A stretch of 64,000 nt of DNA from Podarcis erhardii (Eukaryota). Positions 1-13,833 of this stretch are shown here, in pieces. The notes beneath the pieces were generated by a model. It had not been told where the DNA came from, did no database searches, and saw only the letters and a program-made list of their open reading frames with translations. The position numbers and the translations under genes were made by a program. The stretch lies in assembly GCA_964252035.1 (NCBI GenBank), contig CAXUOO010000144.1; one strand, 5' to 3'. Within the stretch, counting starts at the first letter, position 1. Every line of letters begins with the position of its first letter.

Positions 1-2104
1 CTTCTTAACCTCTTCTAAATGTCTTAATTCTCTTCTCTGCCTTGCTATTTTTTTTTCTCACTTATATCACTGAGATTGTATACTCGTGTGAAAGTCGCTT
101 TACACCAAGCTTTTCTTTCCTGAGTTTTTTTGTATCGCATTCTCTCTTCATAAGCCTAGGTGACTTACACAGCCAGAGCTCAACGATCTTTTATGTGCTT
201 CTACTCTAGCATGTCTTCAGGTACTACCTCCCAACAGCTTTTCCCTTGTTCAGTATTCTGTTTGGTCCTTTTTTCCTTCTTTCGTTTCCATTTTCTCTGA
301 AAACACTCCTCTGGCCCGTACTTTTATATCGTCCCCCTTTCTTCTTCAACGTATTTGTGTATTCACGAAGCCGATATTTTTTGTTGATTATGCCTAATGA
401 GTTTTTGCTTTTTATTGTGGCACAACCTATACGTATACATCTACAAATGTGAGTTGCTTTTCATGGTCCGTCTTCATCTTTTCATTTTATTAAGGATAAA
501 TATACATAAGGTATGGTTTCAGGCTTTTCTGCTGCATATATATGTTTTTATGATATGCTGTGTGTAAATCCGCCCGCCGTCAGGTGAAGTCTTCTATGTG
601 CGTCTTTCTTGTTCCTGTTTGCATCTTACCTTTCTAAACAAGTCACTGCAACTCGTACTCCTGATTATCTTGCATACTCCGGTTTTGGTTTTCCTTTTTT
701 CTTTCCATATATCAGAAGTTGATTTCTGTTTCTTTTTCTTAGGAATCAAGTTACCTCGATTGTAAAAGACCTCAGAGATTTTTGAGAGTGTATATATGCT
801 TTTAATAACAAAAACGATGACTTCTACATGTATTCGTTTTTATATGTGTTCACGCGCCCGATCAGCCTTAAACTAGTGCTATCTACGTCCTGTTTGCTTA
901 TGATCGTCCGCACGAAAGAATACATAAATAAGTTACATTCTGCAACGTCTGTATCTACTTACCTGGTTGTGAATTTTTAAAACTTTAGCTGTTTGTTCAG
1001 CTGACATCGTTGCTTCTTTGCCAGCAGACTAAAACTAAGCATTTTTCTCTCATTTTTCAATTGGTTGATCTCTTTTCTTTCTTTCCTTTTTTTTGGTTTT
1101 CCTTCATTTTGTGGTGCAAACGTGTTGGTTCATCTCGCCGTCCCTTCACTCGTTCTCATCCGTAATGTAAAACTTCTGGATTCGGCATCTTTTTCTCTAA
1201 GTCTTGTTTACTCGGTTTCGTCCATTTCGCCCTGCGTTCTCAATTTTCTAATGTCCTCGTCCTTCAAGTTTGTTTTTATATGCGTCTGTGTAGAAGTCTT
1301 CGGTCGTAAGTTGTCTTCTCTGTCTCTTTCTTACTATCTCTCTCTCATCAGTCTCATATAAGATGTATTACTGGATGAAGCAAACATATCTACACTACAT
1401 AAATATATATATATATATATCGGATGACTTGTGATTAAATACGTATTCATGTAATTTGCTCTCCCTCGCACACTATTTTTCTTCTGTGTCACATAGCAAG
1501 TTAGGAAACGGCGCTGGTCCTATTTGCTCTTACACCTATTCTTGCTAGTAGGCGTTCACGCGTACAAGCATTTCAACCACAACACATGCCCTCGTAAACA
1601 CGTTCATGAACCTTTTCTCACAATTCTAAGTGCGAAAACATACAAACTATTTGCATATGTATATATAAGTATATATCTATACGCGATCTGTTCTATTGTG
1701 AGGATAACAGTCAATGAAAAATTTTCATACGTATACATATTCATCTTGACTGTATCCACTTGCGTGAAATCTACCTCTTCTATTTAGTCCTGTCTCCCAA
1801 GCAAAAATAATAAAATTCTCTCGAAAATCGCTGCTTTGTGACTGCAGTTTTCTCTCTTTGCTGATCAGCCTCTCGCGGCTTTCTTCTCCGCTGCTGCTGT
1901 TTGTTATATGCAGTGATGCCACTATTGCCATTTGCTTGACCATCGTTGTTTCTTAGTTTTACAAACCTGAGTTTGTTCCTTACAGCGTGGCCACCATTGT
2001 TACAACTTCCTTATATATAGGCTTGTGGCTGCTCTGTTCTGCGCTCTCAGTACGAATAGCTTTACTATTGGGCGCCCTAGTTGTACAGTAGTTTTTCCAA
2101 TAGG

Positions 2105-2245
2105 AGTCGTAGTAGTAGTGGTAGTAGTAGAATTAGTAATAGTAGTAGTAAGAGTAGTAGTAGTGGTAGTAGTAGTAGTCATAGTGGTAGTAGTAGTAGT
2201 TGTTTTTGTAGTAGTAGTACTTGCAGTACTACCAGTAGTAGTATA
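2105..2245 (+). repeat. Degenerate (GTA/AGT)n trinucleotide array
   Basis: gtagtagtag run with interruptions; produces poly-V, poly-S and poly-T pseudo-ORFs. Confidence 0.9.
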
Positions 2246-3007
2246 GTTTCAGTATTACTATGTGTATTAGCGCTAATGGTTTTACGAGCAGGAAATGATG
2301 ATTATGGTGGTTTAGTGGTAGGTTCCTAGTGTTTTCGGATCAGTCACCGGATTGTTTATATTAGTGGTGATACTACCATACAAATAGTTATCAGCAGAAT
2401 CAGTGTATTTCTAGTGAGTCAAAGTGGTTGTTATGGTATTGGCAGCAAAAATATTTGTAGTATGAGGGAATTTGTAGCAGTAGTAGTAGGAGTTGATTTA
2501 TTTTTGAATCAGCAAACTCAGTGGGTGCTGTAACGCCACAGCACGTACGGGACAACCACTCAGACCAAGAACCGCCAGTTGTGTAGACGGTGTGTACGAG
2601 CGACGACGAGTCACTTAAGTGTACGTACACCGCAGTGAACTTCAAGGAGCAGTGATTGAAGTATCTTGTGGAGGCAGTGGTTTTCCAAGAAGCCGCACAT
2701 AAGCAACTTCTCACGCAGGAGCAATTTCTGTTGCCAGCAGACTACACATTACTCCATCAAGATTGATTTTTTCAGATTACAAGTATTTAGAGCAGCAGTA
2801 TTCAGGGTCGCTTCAAACAGGAGTTTTTACAAAATCACAGTGCTTGTGCAATAATTCTATCAAGGCCACTTTTTCTTAACTTTCTAAACGAAGCTGCAAT
2901 GAAAGCAATGCCTAGTGGCGTAAATAAAAGCAAAAGAAATCTTTATTGACGAAAATCTGCTGCGCAGCAGCGGCAGCTGCTCCAGCCCACTGTTGCCGGT
3001 ATCGCAA

Positions 3008-3051
<44 letters not shown>

Positions 3052-4895
3052 GTATATGTAGTAAAGTCCAGATGCAATTCGACAAGCACTTTGTACGACA
3101 GCGGCGGAAAGTTTGTGTGGAAGGGACTAACTGTTTTTTGTTTGGTAGGGAGGAGCACGAAGCAAGATATTTCTACAATGTGTCTTTACCAATCCAAAGC
3201 ACAAACCGTACCTGCATATATGCTTTATGCGGTATGTCTAGAATAGTGTAGTGAAGCTCTTTGCAAGCCTGATGGGAAGAAGCAGAAGGACCAGCAAGCT
3301 TGTTTCCAGCGATATCGTATACGCGATGTGGCAAAAAGAAGCAACAACACCAGCAGGTTTCAAAATGTTGTTGTGTTGCTGTTTTCAAGAAACGACAGCG
3401 TCTCTCTTATAAAATCCAATGGTAGAGCTGATTCGCCTGCAGAAGTTTCTGTGTGTGCACAAGCTTTCGCGTGAATGCTTGTGTGTGTGGGTGTGTGTGT
3501 ATGTGGCGTCTGCGTCAACAGTTTGAGCCGTTGCGCAACTCTTACAGCTGCTTACTTAGTGCTTTTTCTTTGTAACTACTATAGTATTACTACTACTGTA
3601 CGTATGTCAGCAAGCTCGACATACAACAGTGCGCAGGTTTGAGAGATCCTCAACAGCCCCAGCATTAACGAACTTCAACTGATCCGTAGACTTTGTACTG
3701 AGCAAGTGGCTCGGTAGGCTGCGACTACTGCAGACGCACTCGTAACACTGCACTAGTTGTCGTTTTTGTTTTCACCAACAATAACTGCAGACGTCCCGCC
3801 TCAGCTACAGCAGTCAAATACTGCACTAGTGACAGACAGACAGACACACAGTAGCAGATGTAGGAGCCGAAACAGTCAGCCACGTCAGTTTTTGGTAAAA
3901 TGAATATGTTCTCCATAAGATTCTGTGCAGTATGAGCGCATTTTTGTCAGCAGTGCCACGAACTGCAACAGCAGCTGCTGCACCAGCGGCAGATACTGAG
4001 GGAGTAGCAGCAGTTCGTGGAGAAGTGAATTGGAGAGGAAACAGAGAAAGCAGGGTTTTGCTTTTTTCGGCAGATGTTGTTGGTGGAATGTGGAAGGAGC
4101 AGTGTTTCTCCTTGCTGTCGTTTTTTCACAGTAGCGTAGCCTGTGTAGTGTTGATCGGATGAAAGCGGTTGCAAGATCTGTAGAGAAATCGTCTTCCTTC
4201 TCTGGTGCAGCAGTGTGAATTCCAGCGAACTTCTGTTCGGGACAGCTGCTGGAGACGTGCGCTTTCGCTACTGTGGAAATGGGTTTCTTACGTGTGGGTT
4301 CAGGGATTTTTTGTCAGGTAAAAACGACAGGAAAACAGCCGAAACATACAGGAAAACAGCAGAAACACAGCACAAATTCGTTTCTGATTGAAATAGCAGT
4401 AGCCTCAGAAACACGCTGAACAGCGCAGAAAAAACTCTGTCAACGGCAGCATCAGCCTCGCCACAGGCACAGCAACATACATTGGTTTATCAGAAGGAGT
4501 TTTGGAATTAGCGGTGATATTAAGCAGACTCTAGTTCAAAGCAGGCTTTTGGCTGTTGGGACGACGAGGTCTTAGCATAGTAAACATCAAGACAGAAGTG
4601 AAGAAGCAGTTGTGCAGATGAGAAAACGGAGCTTCTTCAATAGCAGAGAATGTCATGGGTACAGCGCAAAAAAAAAGATCTCAACACAGCACATATACAG
4701 AGTCATATGCTCTTTTTCACAATGAGCCTTCTTGTATAAACGCAGGTATACATATATGTGTATACAGATACTCATTTAGTCAACTCTATGTCCACAACAA
4801 CTTTCTCCACCAACACGCACACGTTCGAAAACTCTGTATCATACCATGTCATAATTTCATACACTGTAACAGTACATATATATATTTATGTCTAT

Positions 4896-4943
<48 letters not shown>

Positions 4944-7078
4944 GAGGCTGAGTGTTAGCGAAGCGGCAGTGCAGCGTCTCGTGCGGTTCCGAAAGTAACA
5001 GGAGCAATTGCACAGAAGGCAGTTGATAAAAATTTTTTCTTATGTAAAAATCTAGAGTGTTTGAACCAGTACAGAAGGTACTCGTAAGGCAGCATAGTCT
5101 GACTAGGACGGAGCGAGAATGAATTCTCAAAGGCAACCAAGAAAGCAGGGCGTTAGCAGTGAAGGCAGCAAACTGAACTAAAGTTTATTCACGTAGTTCT
5201 CACCAAAAAAATACATCCACATAAATTTACATATATATATATTTATTTATTTATTTATTTATAAATTATCCCTTGGTATTCGATGCTCAATGACGTTTGT
5301 TGCTAAGACTTCTTTCTTTCCCAGCATCGCATATACTCTATGTATCTATTTTCACATATATATATATATATATATATATACTTTTTGGCTCAGAGACGTG
5401 TTCGCATATCTACCGTGTGCAATACGTATATATTTATATTTATGTATACACATATTTTTCCATATCTGTTCATAGGTGTAGGTAGAATAAGCATGTAAAA
5501 GAGTTCTATGATAAACTGCGCGGCGTTTCTACCCCAGCTGACAGCTAGCAGTGCATGCAGTTTCGAATTCTCGATACAGTACTTGACATGTTCTTCGTAA
5601 ATTCTCTGCATATCTATATGATTCTATATCATATAAATACAAATATATCTATATATATATGCATGAAAAGTGCTTGAAGGTATATACGCTACTATTTGAA
5701 AGGACTTGTAGTTGTTGACTTCAGCTTCGCACTTGTATCAGGTATAAAGTAGAGTACTTGTATTTACGTGTATGAAAAGATAGTTTACACATGAAACAAC
5801 ACGTATACAAGCAAATATATTGATATATTTTGAATCGGCACTTGTTGATTGCTTGTAAATGGTGTCTGTTTGCTGAGTGCTCTCTGTTTAACATAGGCTC
5901 GAGACAAAGCGATCACAGCTGTTTGAGTGCTCTGATGCAGCGTAGACATCTCTTTTAGTTAAATTTTTTTATAGTTTTGGACAAGCATTGCATCCAAGCG
6001 GAATGAGAATGCGTGCGTGGCCAGTAACGAAACAGAAGAGACACTGAACCATGCGTATGGTTCAGTGTCTACTCCACCTACACATATACATATATACATA
6101 TATGTATGTATGAGTGTGTCTATATATATGTGATACGTTTGTGTACACGAATTGTGACGCAGAAACGTCAGCATCAGTTTGTGTGTGCCCTGAAGAGCAC
6201 AGTTTGTTAAAATGTAGATGTGTGGATTGAAGTCTTTGTGCGTGTAGGGTATTTATTCCAGTGAGAATGTCAAGCGTTGCTCATAGCACACACTTGAGGC
6301 GACGATTCTCCAGAATTTGTGAAGCGAGTTTCCTCAACTTTTTTTCACCTGATCCGCGCGCTTTCAAAGAAGACTAGTAGTAGACTCTTTGCAGAAAGCA
6401 CACTTTTCCACTCACGCGTACGAGATCGTGCTCTCAACAAAACGCAATGAAGATTTGTGGAAACAAACACATCTATCTGCACACACTCGAGTTTGTGTGA
6501 GTGTGGTCGTGCACGTCTCTGTTTCACAAAAGAAACGAAAAGCCACACACTTGCTCTCAACTTTTTCACACACATACACACACAAACAAGACATTTTTAA
6601 GTGGAGTAGTAGTCGCCAAATGTGTGTGTTGAGTGCTGAACAACACACTTGAGGCGCTGCACTTGAGCGACGAACATCCTCGTTGGCAGTGAGCCAGAAA
6701 GACACACAAAAATCCACTCACAAACGGGTGTGAAAACTGCAAGCTTGTTTGCATGCAAAAAGTGTGTGCGACTGCTTGCAGATAAAATGGATTGTTTTTG
6801 GTTTGATAAGAAAAAGCACCCAAAGCGGAAGAAAGACAGCCACAGTTGTGGAGACGAGACAGCAGCACTAAAGGGTCGTGCTGGAGACCTGCGAAAGGGG
6901 AGAAAAGCGGGCAGCTGTCTGCCGGAGCCCAGAGTTCCGACCGCTGCTAGGAGCCCAAACGACCGCGAGACGGGAGACGTCGTTTCTTTGAGGAAATTTG
7001 TTGTTTGGAGCAAAAAAGGAAGCGAAAAGCAGACAGAGCAGTAGAAGGAGAAAAAAGGATGAGAAGAATCAGAAGGAA

Positions 7079-7160
7079 ATGATGGAGGAGAAGGAGATGA
7101 TGGAGGAGAAGGAGATGATGGAGGAGAAGGAGATGATGGAGAGAAGGAGATGATGGAGGA
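7079..7160 (+). repeat. 18-bp tandem repeat (gatgatggaggagaagga), about 4 copies
   Basis: Visible periodicity; translates to GDDGGE repeats in one frame. Confidence 0.9.
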
Positions 7161-7467
7161 GAAGGAAAAGATGGAGGAGAAGATGGAAGGCGGGCGAAGT
7201 TTTTGGGGGGGGAACAAGAAGAAGGGGCGACGAGGAAGGGGGAGAGAGAGGAGAGCAGGCGACACTCTTTTTGTCAGAGCGCCATAGAGGGGGTTAGGGG
7301 TGAGTGCTGCGTTTGTTTTTGAGTTTGTGGGGTGAGTGCTGCGTTTGTGGAAAGCAGCGGCAGATAGGAGAGATCAGCACTGGAATAGAAAATAGGAGAG
7401 AAAGCGAGAGGGGCTGAGGCCTCTTTTTGTGTTGTGGTGGTGGCAAAAAGCCGGTGAGGAGAATGCA

Positions 7468-7713
7468 GAATCGGAGACTGCTGCAGGGAGAAAAGGAGAC
7501 AGGGAATTGAATCGGAGACTGCTGCAGGGAGAAAAGGAGACAGGGAATTGAATCGGAGACTGCTGCAGGGAGAAAAGGAGACAGGGAATTGAATCGGAGA
7601 CTGCTGCAGGGAGAAAAGGAGACAGGGAATTGAATCGGAGACTGCTGCAGGGAGAAAAGGAGACAGGAAATTGGATCGGAGACTGCTGCAGGGAGAAAAG
7701 GAGACAGGGAATT
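7468..7713 (+). repeat. 41-bp minisatellite, 6 tandem copies
   Basis: Unit gaatcggagactgctgcagggagaaaaggagacagggaatt starts at 7468, 7509, 7550, 7591, 7632 and 7673; only the last copies carry substitutions. Confidence 0.97.
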
Positions 7714-7866
7714 GGCTGGGCGAAGTGCAGCATCGAGATAGGACACTGATAAGAAGGACTGGCAGAGACGTCGAGAGAGGGACAAGTGCAGACGAGAGAA
7801 AAAGAATCGGGCAGGCTTTTGCGAGGAGGAAAGGAACTGAGGGAAGAAGGGTGACAGCCACAGAGC

Positions 7867-7900
7867 AGAAGAAGAAGAAGAAGAAGAAGAAGAAGAAGAA
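7867..7900 (+). repeat. (GAA)n trinucleotide microsatellite
   Basis: Uninterrupted gaa run. Confidence 0.95.
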
Positions 7901-9480
7901 GGTGGTGGAGGAGAAGGAAGAGGAAAAGATGAGAGGGAGGAAAAGATGAGAGGAAGGAAAAACACTGAAGGAGGACACAGCTGCCGGAGTGATTGAAGAC
8001 AGAGAGGAGGAAGTGAAAGCAGTCGTAGCAGAAGTGGCTGGCAGTCAGAGAGGAGGGAAAGAGGACATGCGCGCAGCGTTGAAAGAAGGCGAACGGCGGC
8101 GGCGGGGGAGGGCGGAAGAAGAAAAAAGAACGACAAAGTGTCGAGGGAGAAGCAACAACTGCTGCAGAAGGAAGCAGAAAAACAACTTGCAGACAACCAC
8201 CACGCGTAGCAGTAGTCAGAGCAAACGACGCAGCAGCTGCACCACTACGACAGGGAGGCGACGAGAAAAACAGAGACCTACACAGGAGGCAAGAGAAGGA
8301 AGAAGAGGGAAAAGAACAGAGATAATGGCACCGCGAAACACAGGAACACGTCTTTGAGTTTTGCAGTGTCGTGGACATACACAGTGGCAGAGCTTTGGGA
8401 CTTTTGCAGGGGACGAAAAACATTCCAAATGGATCGATGGCCAATCCGGAGAAAGAGACCCAGTTTAGGAAAGCGTTGAAGAAAGGAAAGGAGGCCAATG
8501 GAACGGGGATAGAAAGTGCAGCCAGTGCTACGCAAGGAGTGGAATTATGGGGAAAGAAGGAGGTCGAAAACTGGCGACTTTGAATGGAGGAAGAGAAGGC
8601 TTGAAAAAAAAGGATACGATGAGGTAAAGGAAAAATCCCTCTGATTTGAATAAAGGAAAAATCACTTTTGCTATGGATGTATACCTGCGGCACGTTGTGA
8701 AGAACTCAAAGTAGCAAGGCGGAGGTGCAGCATTAGTGGTCAAACATCAATAAGGATCTGGTTTCCAGGGTCTATACTCGACTTTGGCGATCCAGATTAG
8801 GGAATAAGATATTGACCTAAATAACACATCATATATATAGTGAGTTGGTGAACGGACAGTACAAATGCGGTGACAAACCTGAATATGCGCGGAAAGACTT
8901 TATGATGACTTAACATATTCTTCAGGGAAAAGACAGTAGAGGGGCCTAAAAAAAACATGACTACGTACATGTATATATATATATATATATGTACGCACCA
9001 TCGATATACATATAGTATAAATCATAGTTTACAGAATATTTTATCCCTTTTAGAGATAGTGTTCGAAACATATATATATATGTATATATATCTTTTTTCA
9101 GATTGCAAGTGCTCAAGTTCATGTGCTGATTGGTTTATGTTTACGCATTCGTGCTCCAGCAGCTAGACGACTTTTGGAATTACTCTTTTCCTCATTGGAC
9201 TCCTTCTAAGTTTTCTTTGAGTGAGCTTGCTACAGTTTTTGCACCTACCGTAGCTTTCAATCAAAGGCTCGAAAATTTGCAGCAGATGCAACAGACTAGA
9301 GGCAGGCAAGGTGGTTCAGCTCCCGCAACAGCAGCGACCTGTCTTTAATGCAACAGTGCAACAGGCAAAAAGAATAGCTACTTCTACTGCGCACCACTGC
9401 ATCTCCAGATATATGCCTTCTTTCCGCAGCAACAACTACAGCGCAGGCCGCAAACAAGCCCAACTCTGGATGACCACATG

Positions 9481-9518
<38 letters not shown>

Positions 9519-10639
9519 TATACAGTGCAGAGTGTATTTGCTTCTTCAGCAGACCGTTTTCGCGCATAAAAAATTGCGCGTCCATTCTAGGCGCGTTGCT
9601 GTTACTGTTTTTCTGTTTCATGCAGAAGGACATAAGTTCAAGCGAAGAAGGAAAGAACAGTGAACTAGGTAGTTGAAGAAAAGAGAGAACTTTCCAGAAA
9701 ACTATAGTTCAGGCAGAAAAAGTAGTGAGCAGCTTGCTAAGTTGCTGCGATCAAAGCGCCTGCCTTCGCTGAGCGGCACGCAACAGCAACTGCATCAAGC
9801 ATACGAGAAAAGTCGCTACATTTCCGCGTTTCTCCAGCTCGTTCCGGTTGTAGATGGAGAAGAAATTGTTTTGTCTTTTCATGTGAGGATCGTGAATTAC
9901 CCTTTATTGGTCAGTGCATCATAAGCACTGAAGCAAACACAAAATAAAAATTTGCGGCCTACAGATGCAATTAGATGAACGTCTCTGCAGGTTGCAGTCC
10001 ATCGAGCTTCAGTGCTCTGCATCCATATATGTATATGATTTTATCATGTGTAAATATTATATCTTCCATGAACCTGCCTTGATATGCCTATCTCGTCTGT
10101 AAACACAACTATGAAGCATGTTATTGTCAAATCGCAAATAGTATTCTGTACATCTCCGTATCATGGATTTTTGCGTCGCAGTTCTTCTTTCATTCTGTTT
10201 ACCTTCCAAGGTACCAGACTATTTTCCTCTGTATTCTTTCTCTTCTCTAGACACACATTTTCTACTATTCTCTTCACCTCTTTCTCAACTGTAATCGATT
10301 TCGGATTGAGAATACAGCAGTATATATATATGAGATACATTGATGATCACTTGTATAAATATATCTATATAGTAAATATAAAGTGTATGTATCAAAGAGT
10401 TGAATGTGTTGCTCTCAGCCTTCTCTGTGGCCACCCGATGCATTTGTTGCAGCATTCCTCGCTTCGCTTTCGGATCTCGAATGCCAATCACGTGATTTCT
10501 TCTCAAACTCTCTCACAGTGTGTCTCTCAATCCGTCTTTCCTTTTCTCTTACATATGTGTGTGTGTGTATATATTTATATATATATATATATGTTCAATT
10601 TTTATTTGAGAAGGAGTTGATTCGTGTCGTTCGGTAAAT

Positions 10640-10683
<44 letters not shown>

Positions 10684-11469
10684 GTGACATTCTTATGGCT
10701 TCACTGCAGAGATATGTCTCAAATCTTTGTGGTTTTAGTTCAGAGAGTCACTATAAACCCGTATACACACACCGCTGTACTTTAGGAAAGGAGATAGAAT
10801 ATAGGATTACACATGGACACTAACATGTATCATATGGCTGTGTCATTTGCAGCTACTACGGCCGTCGGAGAACCCTCACTGTAGGGCAAACGCTAAAGCT
10901 GAATGGTTCACTCAGGCAAGAAACATTTCTTTCAAAAACTGTTGGTTTGCTTGCGTTCATCACAAAAGCCTGTATATTTACACATGCTATATATATATAT
11001 ATGAGAGAGAGAGTGAAAGAGGTCTAGAGAAAAATTAGAGAGAGGAAAGGAAAGATAACCGAGTAGCATATGTGGCAGGTTTTTATATCAAAGCAAAACA
11101 ATTGTTACATAGCTGAGGTTCGCAGCTGCTAGGGAACCGAGGCAAAGCGTGACCGAGGCGAGAAAGGCCGCTACCTGTTACGCTGTGTCAAATGGTACTA
11201 CATGCGCTTTGCAGAGACAGAACTGTAGTACATAATTTGCGTTTACATTTCTCCTTATGTATAAAAGTATTTTCGCGTATTTGAATATGTAATGTAGGTT
11301 AAAATTATATATATATATATATATATTTATTTTACGCAGAGAGACAGATAGAGGAAGAATGATAGGTAAAAATCACGGTAGATAAAGTTATGTGAGCACT
11401 CACGTGTACATTGGTTACGTACTCTGAATCAAGCAGTGGTGGATTGCATCATGTCAGTCGCTGCAGTAG

Positions 11470-13430
11470 TGAACGTCAACAGTTACCACAGCAAATACAG
11501 AATGAGACCAGGAAGTTGAGTGCTTTCATATGGCGAATTATATAAAACTTCGAAGCACCAGTTATCGAGAGACTAGCAAAGCGCTGCTGGCGATATGCGA
11601 CCAGATTAGCTATTCATTTGATTGTCTGTACTGGATTGTATCGAACTGTTCCTATTTTGCAATTTATGTGCACTCTAACACATTGAAAACAAATCCCACA
11701 AGTTTTCCGTACGCAACCGAAATAGCTAACTCATACAGTTCTCGTACTGTGATTCTGTAGACATAGTTGCAGCAGACAATTGTAGCTGAATGTAAACATG
11801 TACATACAATACTCATAGTATCGACATTTGAGGAGTTCATAACTTCTCAATTTAAGTGTCGTTGAAAAATGCTATATGTGCAGGTAGCTGAAAGGCGTAC
11901 GAGCGCCCGTTCTTCACGCTGACGAGAAAACTTGGCGTTATGGCATCCCTTAGGAAAGCAGACAGCAGATAATGTTTCTGTAGCGCATTGTTGCCAAAAC
12001 TTGTCACAACCTCAATCTGTATGCACAATAATATATATATGTATGCGTGCCGTAGTGCACTTGTAATGTATTCACCCTTGTATCGCAATAGTATACATTT
12101 AGGCGACTTGCGGACGTCAGCGCATCTCGCTTCCTGTTGCAGTGTACGTGCTTCTTGATATGTTGTAGAATGCTGCCACGATTGTATCGGCGCCGTCAGT
12201 CTAGTTTCTAATCTGTCGCCGTCCTCTCTACCTTCGATGCGAAATGCATATTACCTATTATGTCGTGGTTGTGCATTATTCCTCGGAGGGAGCCATCGCG
12301 TAAACAAGCGCGTGAAGCAACGGCCGTAATCGGACGGCAATCAACAAATCTTTTCATTGCAATATCGCAAAAATTTTTCAAAACAACTGTATGCATTTCT
12401 TAATATGCATAAAGTTTCTCATTTCTCGTCGAGCAAACGTGGTATTCATAATGTAGATTGGAGCTGTCTTCTTGCTTTTGTAGAATAAAGACTACCATCT
12501 GGCCCAAAAACCCAAACAGGATCGCTGAGACTACCACAGTGCGAAGTTTTAGTATGAATTCTGATCAAAGCTGGGTGCACAGCGTGACCAGCTTCACAGT
12601 ATATGAAGAGTGTGATGCCATTGGAACGGAAATACCAAGCAAAAGGATACTCCAAGAAAATCTAATCTGCAATGCAGGCGGGTTCCACCTACTGTGGTGG
12701 AAGATTGTAACGTCTATTTTGACAAGAACCACTAAGTGGCTACTACGTAAAGAAAAAGATATACACACTTGTGCAACCGGTGTACACGGTGGTTAAAAAG
12801 CAAACTTAGTTTGTGAGCTCAACCATTACATAACACATTGAAGACTAGTGAAGGTGTCTACAAATATTCACATGTACCTGCCTTCAAAAATGCCTCCAAC
12901 TATTGCGTGAAAATATAATGCCGTCCCGGATCGGGCAAAATATCGGATAAATAGATATCTATCCTTCTGTAACAGTTGAATTTAATAATGCATAGCAGGC
13001 TCTCCGCAACTTTACTCAACGCTGAGTCTTTGAATTCAAAAGAGTGAACTTATGAATATCCCATGTTCTGCACCAGCCCGTGAAAAATATGAACCCGACT
13101 CAAATGAAACGACGATGCAAGTGTTCTGCTCAGCTGTGTGCTCGAATCTACTACGCGCTGCTAAAATACAACCTTTTTCTCCACATAGCGTATTATCTAT
13201 AATCTGTAGGTGAAAATGCACGATTGAGACTGATCTTTTCGTCCGAAATTGACTTCGCATAGCACATTTGTAATTTACAAGATGAACGATTGCTTTGTTC
13301 CTCAAGAAGTCTTCCTCACGTTCTGGATGTCTGCAAAACTTAATTCAGCCTCATCTTTACCTGACAAATTTACGCAAGTACCAAAACTAAGTCGTACGGC
13401 TGCTTGATGTCACGATTCAGCACTACGGAG
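11470..13430 (+). pseudogene. Decayed copy 1 of an unrecognised multi-segment gene ('X1'), paralogous to 17298-19003
   Basis: Four translated blocks align collinearly with X2: KLSAFIWR..ERLAK (11513-11581), DCIGAVS (12180), FTVYEECD..RILQENLIC (12593, inside ORF 12458-12796) and CKLNSASSLPDKF (13332). In-frame stops and frameshifts are present. Boundaries are approximate. Confidence 0.45.
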
Positions 13431-13833
13431 GTGAATGCATGAGAAAAACTGTTTACTGCCTACCTAGATATCTCACAACCAGTTACCTATAGTCTGTCTC
13501 TAAGTCGACACATCTTTTTTACATTTCTCCGCACCCCCAAAATTGTAGCCTCTAGAGAGAAAGAACTAAATGAGCTCTCTTACTGTTTGCTTTTCATAGA
13601 AAGCAGTAAGCACATGTTATTTTAGACACTCTTCCTAGTGCATATAGTTGGGGCTAACCATCATAAATATGAATTGGGCAATCCTCGTACCTGGGATCAG
13701 TGAAATATACGCATGATGGTTATATACCGATGGTTTGCTTCAGTATTAGACGAACCAGCAAAGAGGTTTTACAGTGAGAAGCTTAGTTTATCCTTCCATT
13801 CTGAAAGAGGCACACGCGCGCGAAATTTGGGCA

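Larger units (their letters stand above)
2505..9924 (+). pseudogene. Possible decayed or unresolved large multi-exon gene with low-complexity E/K/G/R-rich middle
   Basis: Purine-rich + strand at 6.8-8.6 kb translating to charged low-complexity peptide, plus protein-like stretches (2505-2800, 3075-3480, 6730-7044, 9130-9348) interrupted by sparse stops. No coherent exon chain could be built. Confidence 0.25.

Noticed and set aside
1-1950. Possible - strand gene running off the left edge (purine-rich, E/K/R-rich translations, ORF 1725-1943)
   Set aside because: Stop density is near random in the best frames and no consistent exon chain or domain was found; not supportable from this window alone.
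2000-2329. Poly-Thr, poly-Val and poly-Ser mucin-like ORFs
   Set aside because: Produced by the (GTA)n array; the Thr frame is closed by a stop just upstream.
6597-8693. Long - strand ORFs (222, 234, 300 and 439 aa)
   Set aside because: They overlap in all three frames and are S/F/L/P-rich shadows of a purine-rich + strand; the 41-bp repeat has no stop in any reverse frame.
1-13500. Idea that TAA/TAG/TGA are reassigned, or that all stops in coding-like frames reflect C>T decay
   Set aside because: The four conserved genes use the standard code and end in TGA or TAA. Any stop can formally be derived from CAA, CAG or CGA, so the argument is circular, and several such frames have a random stop density.
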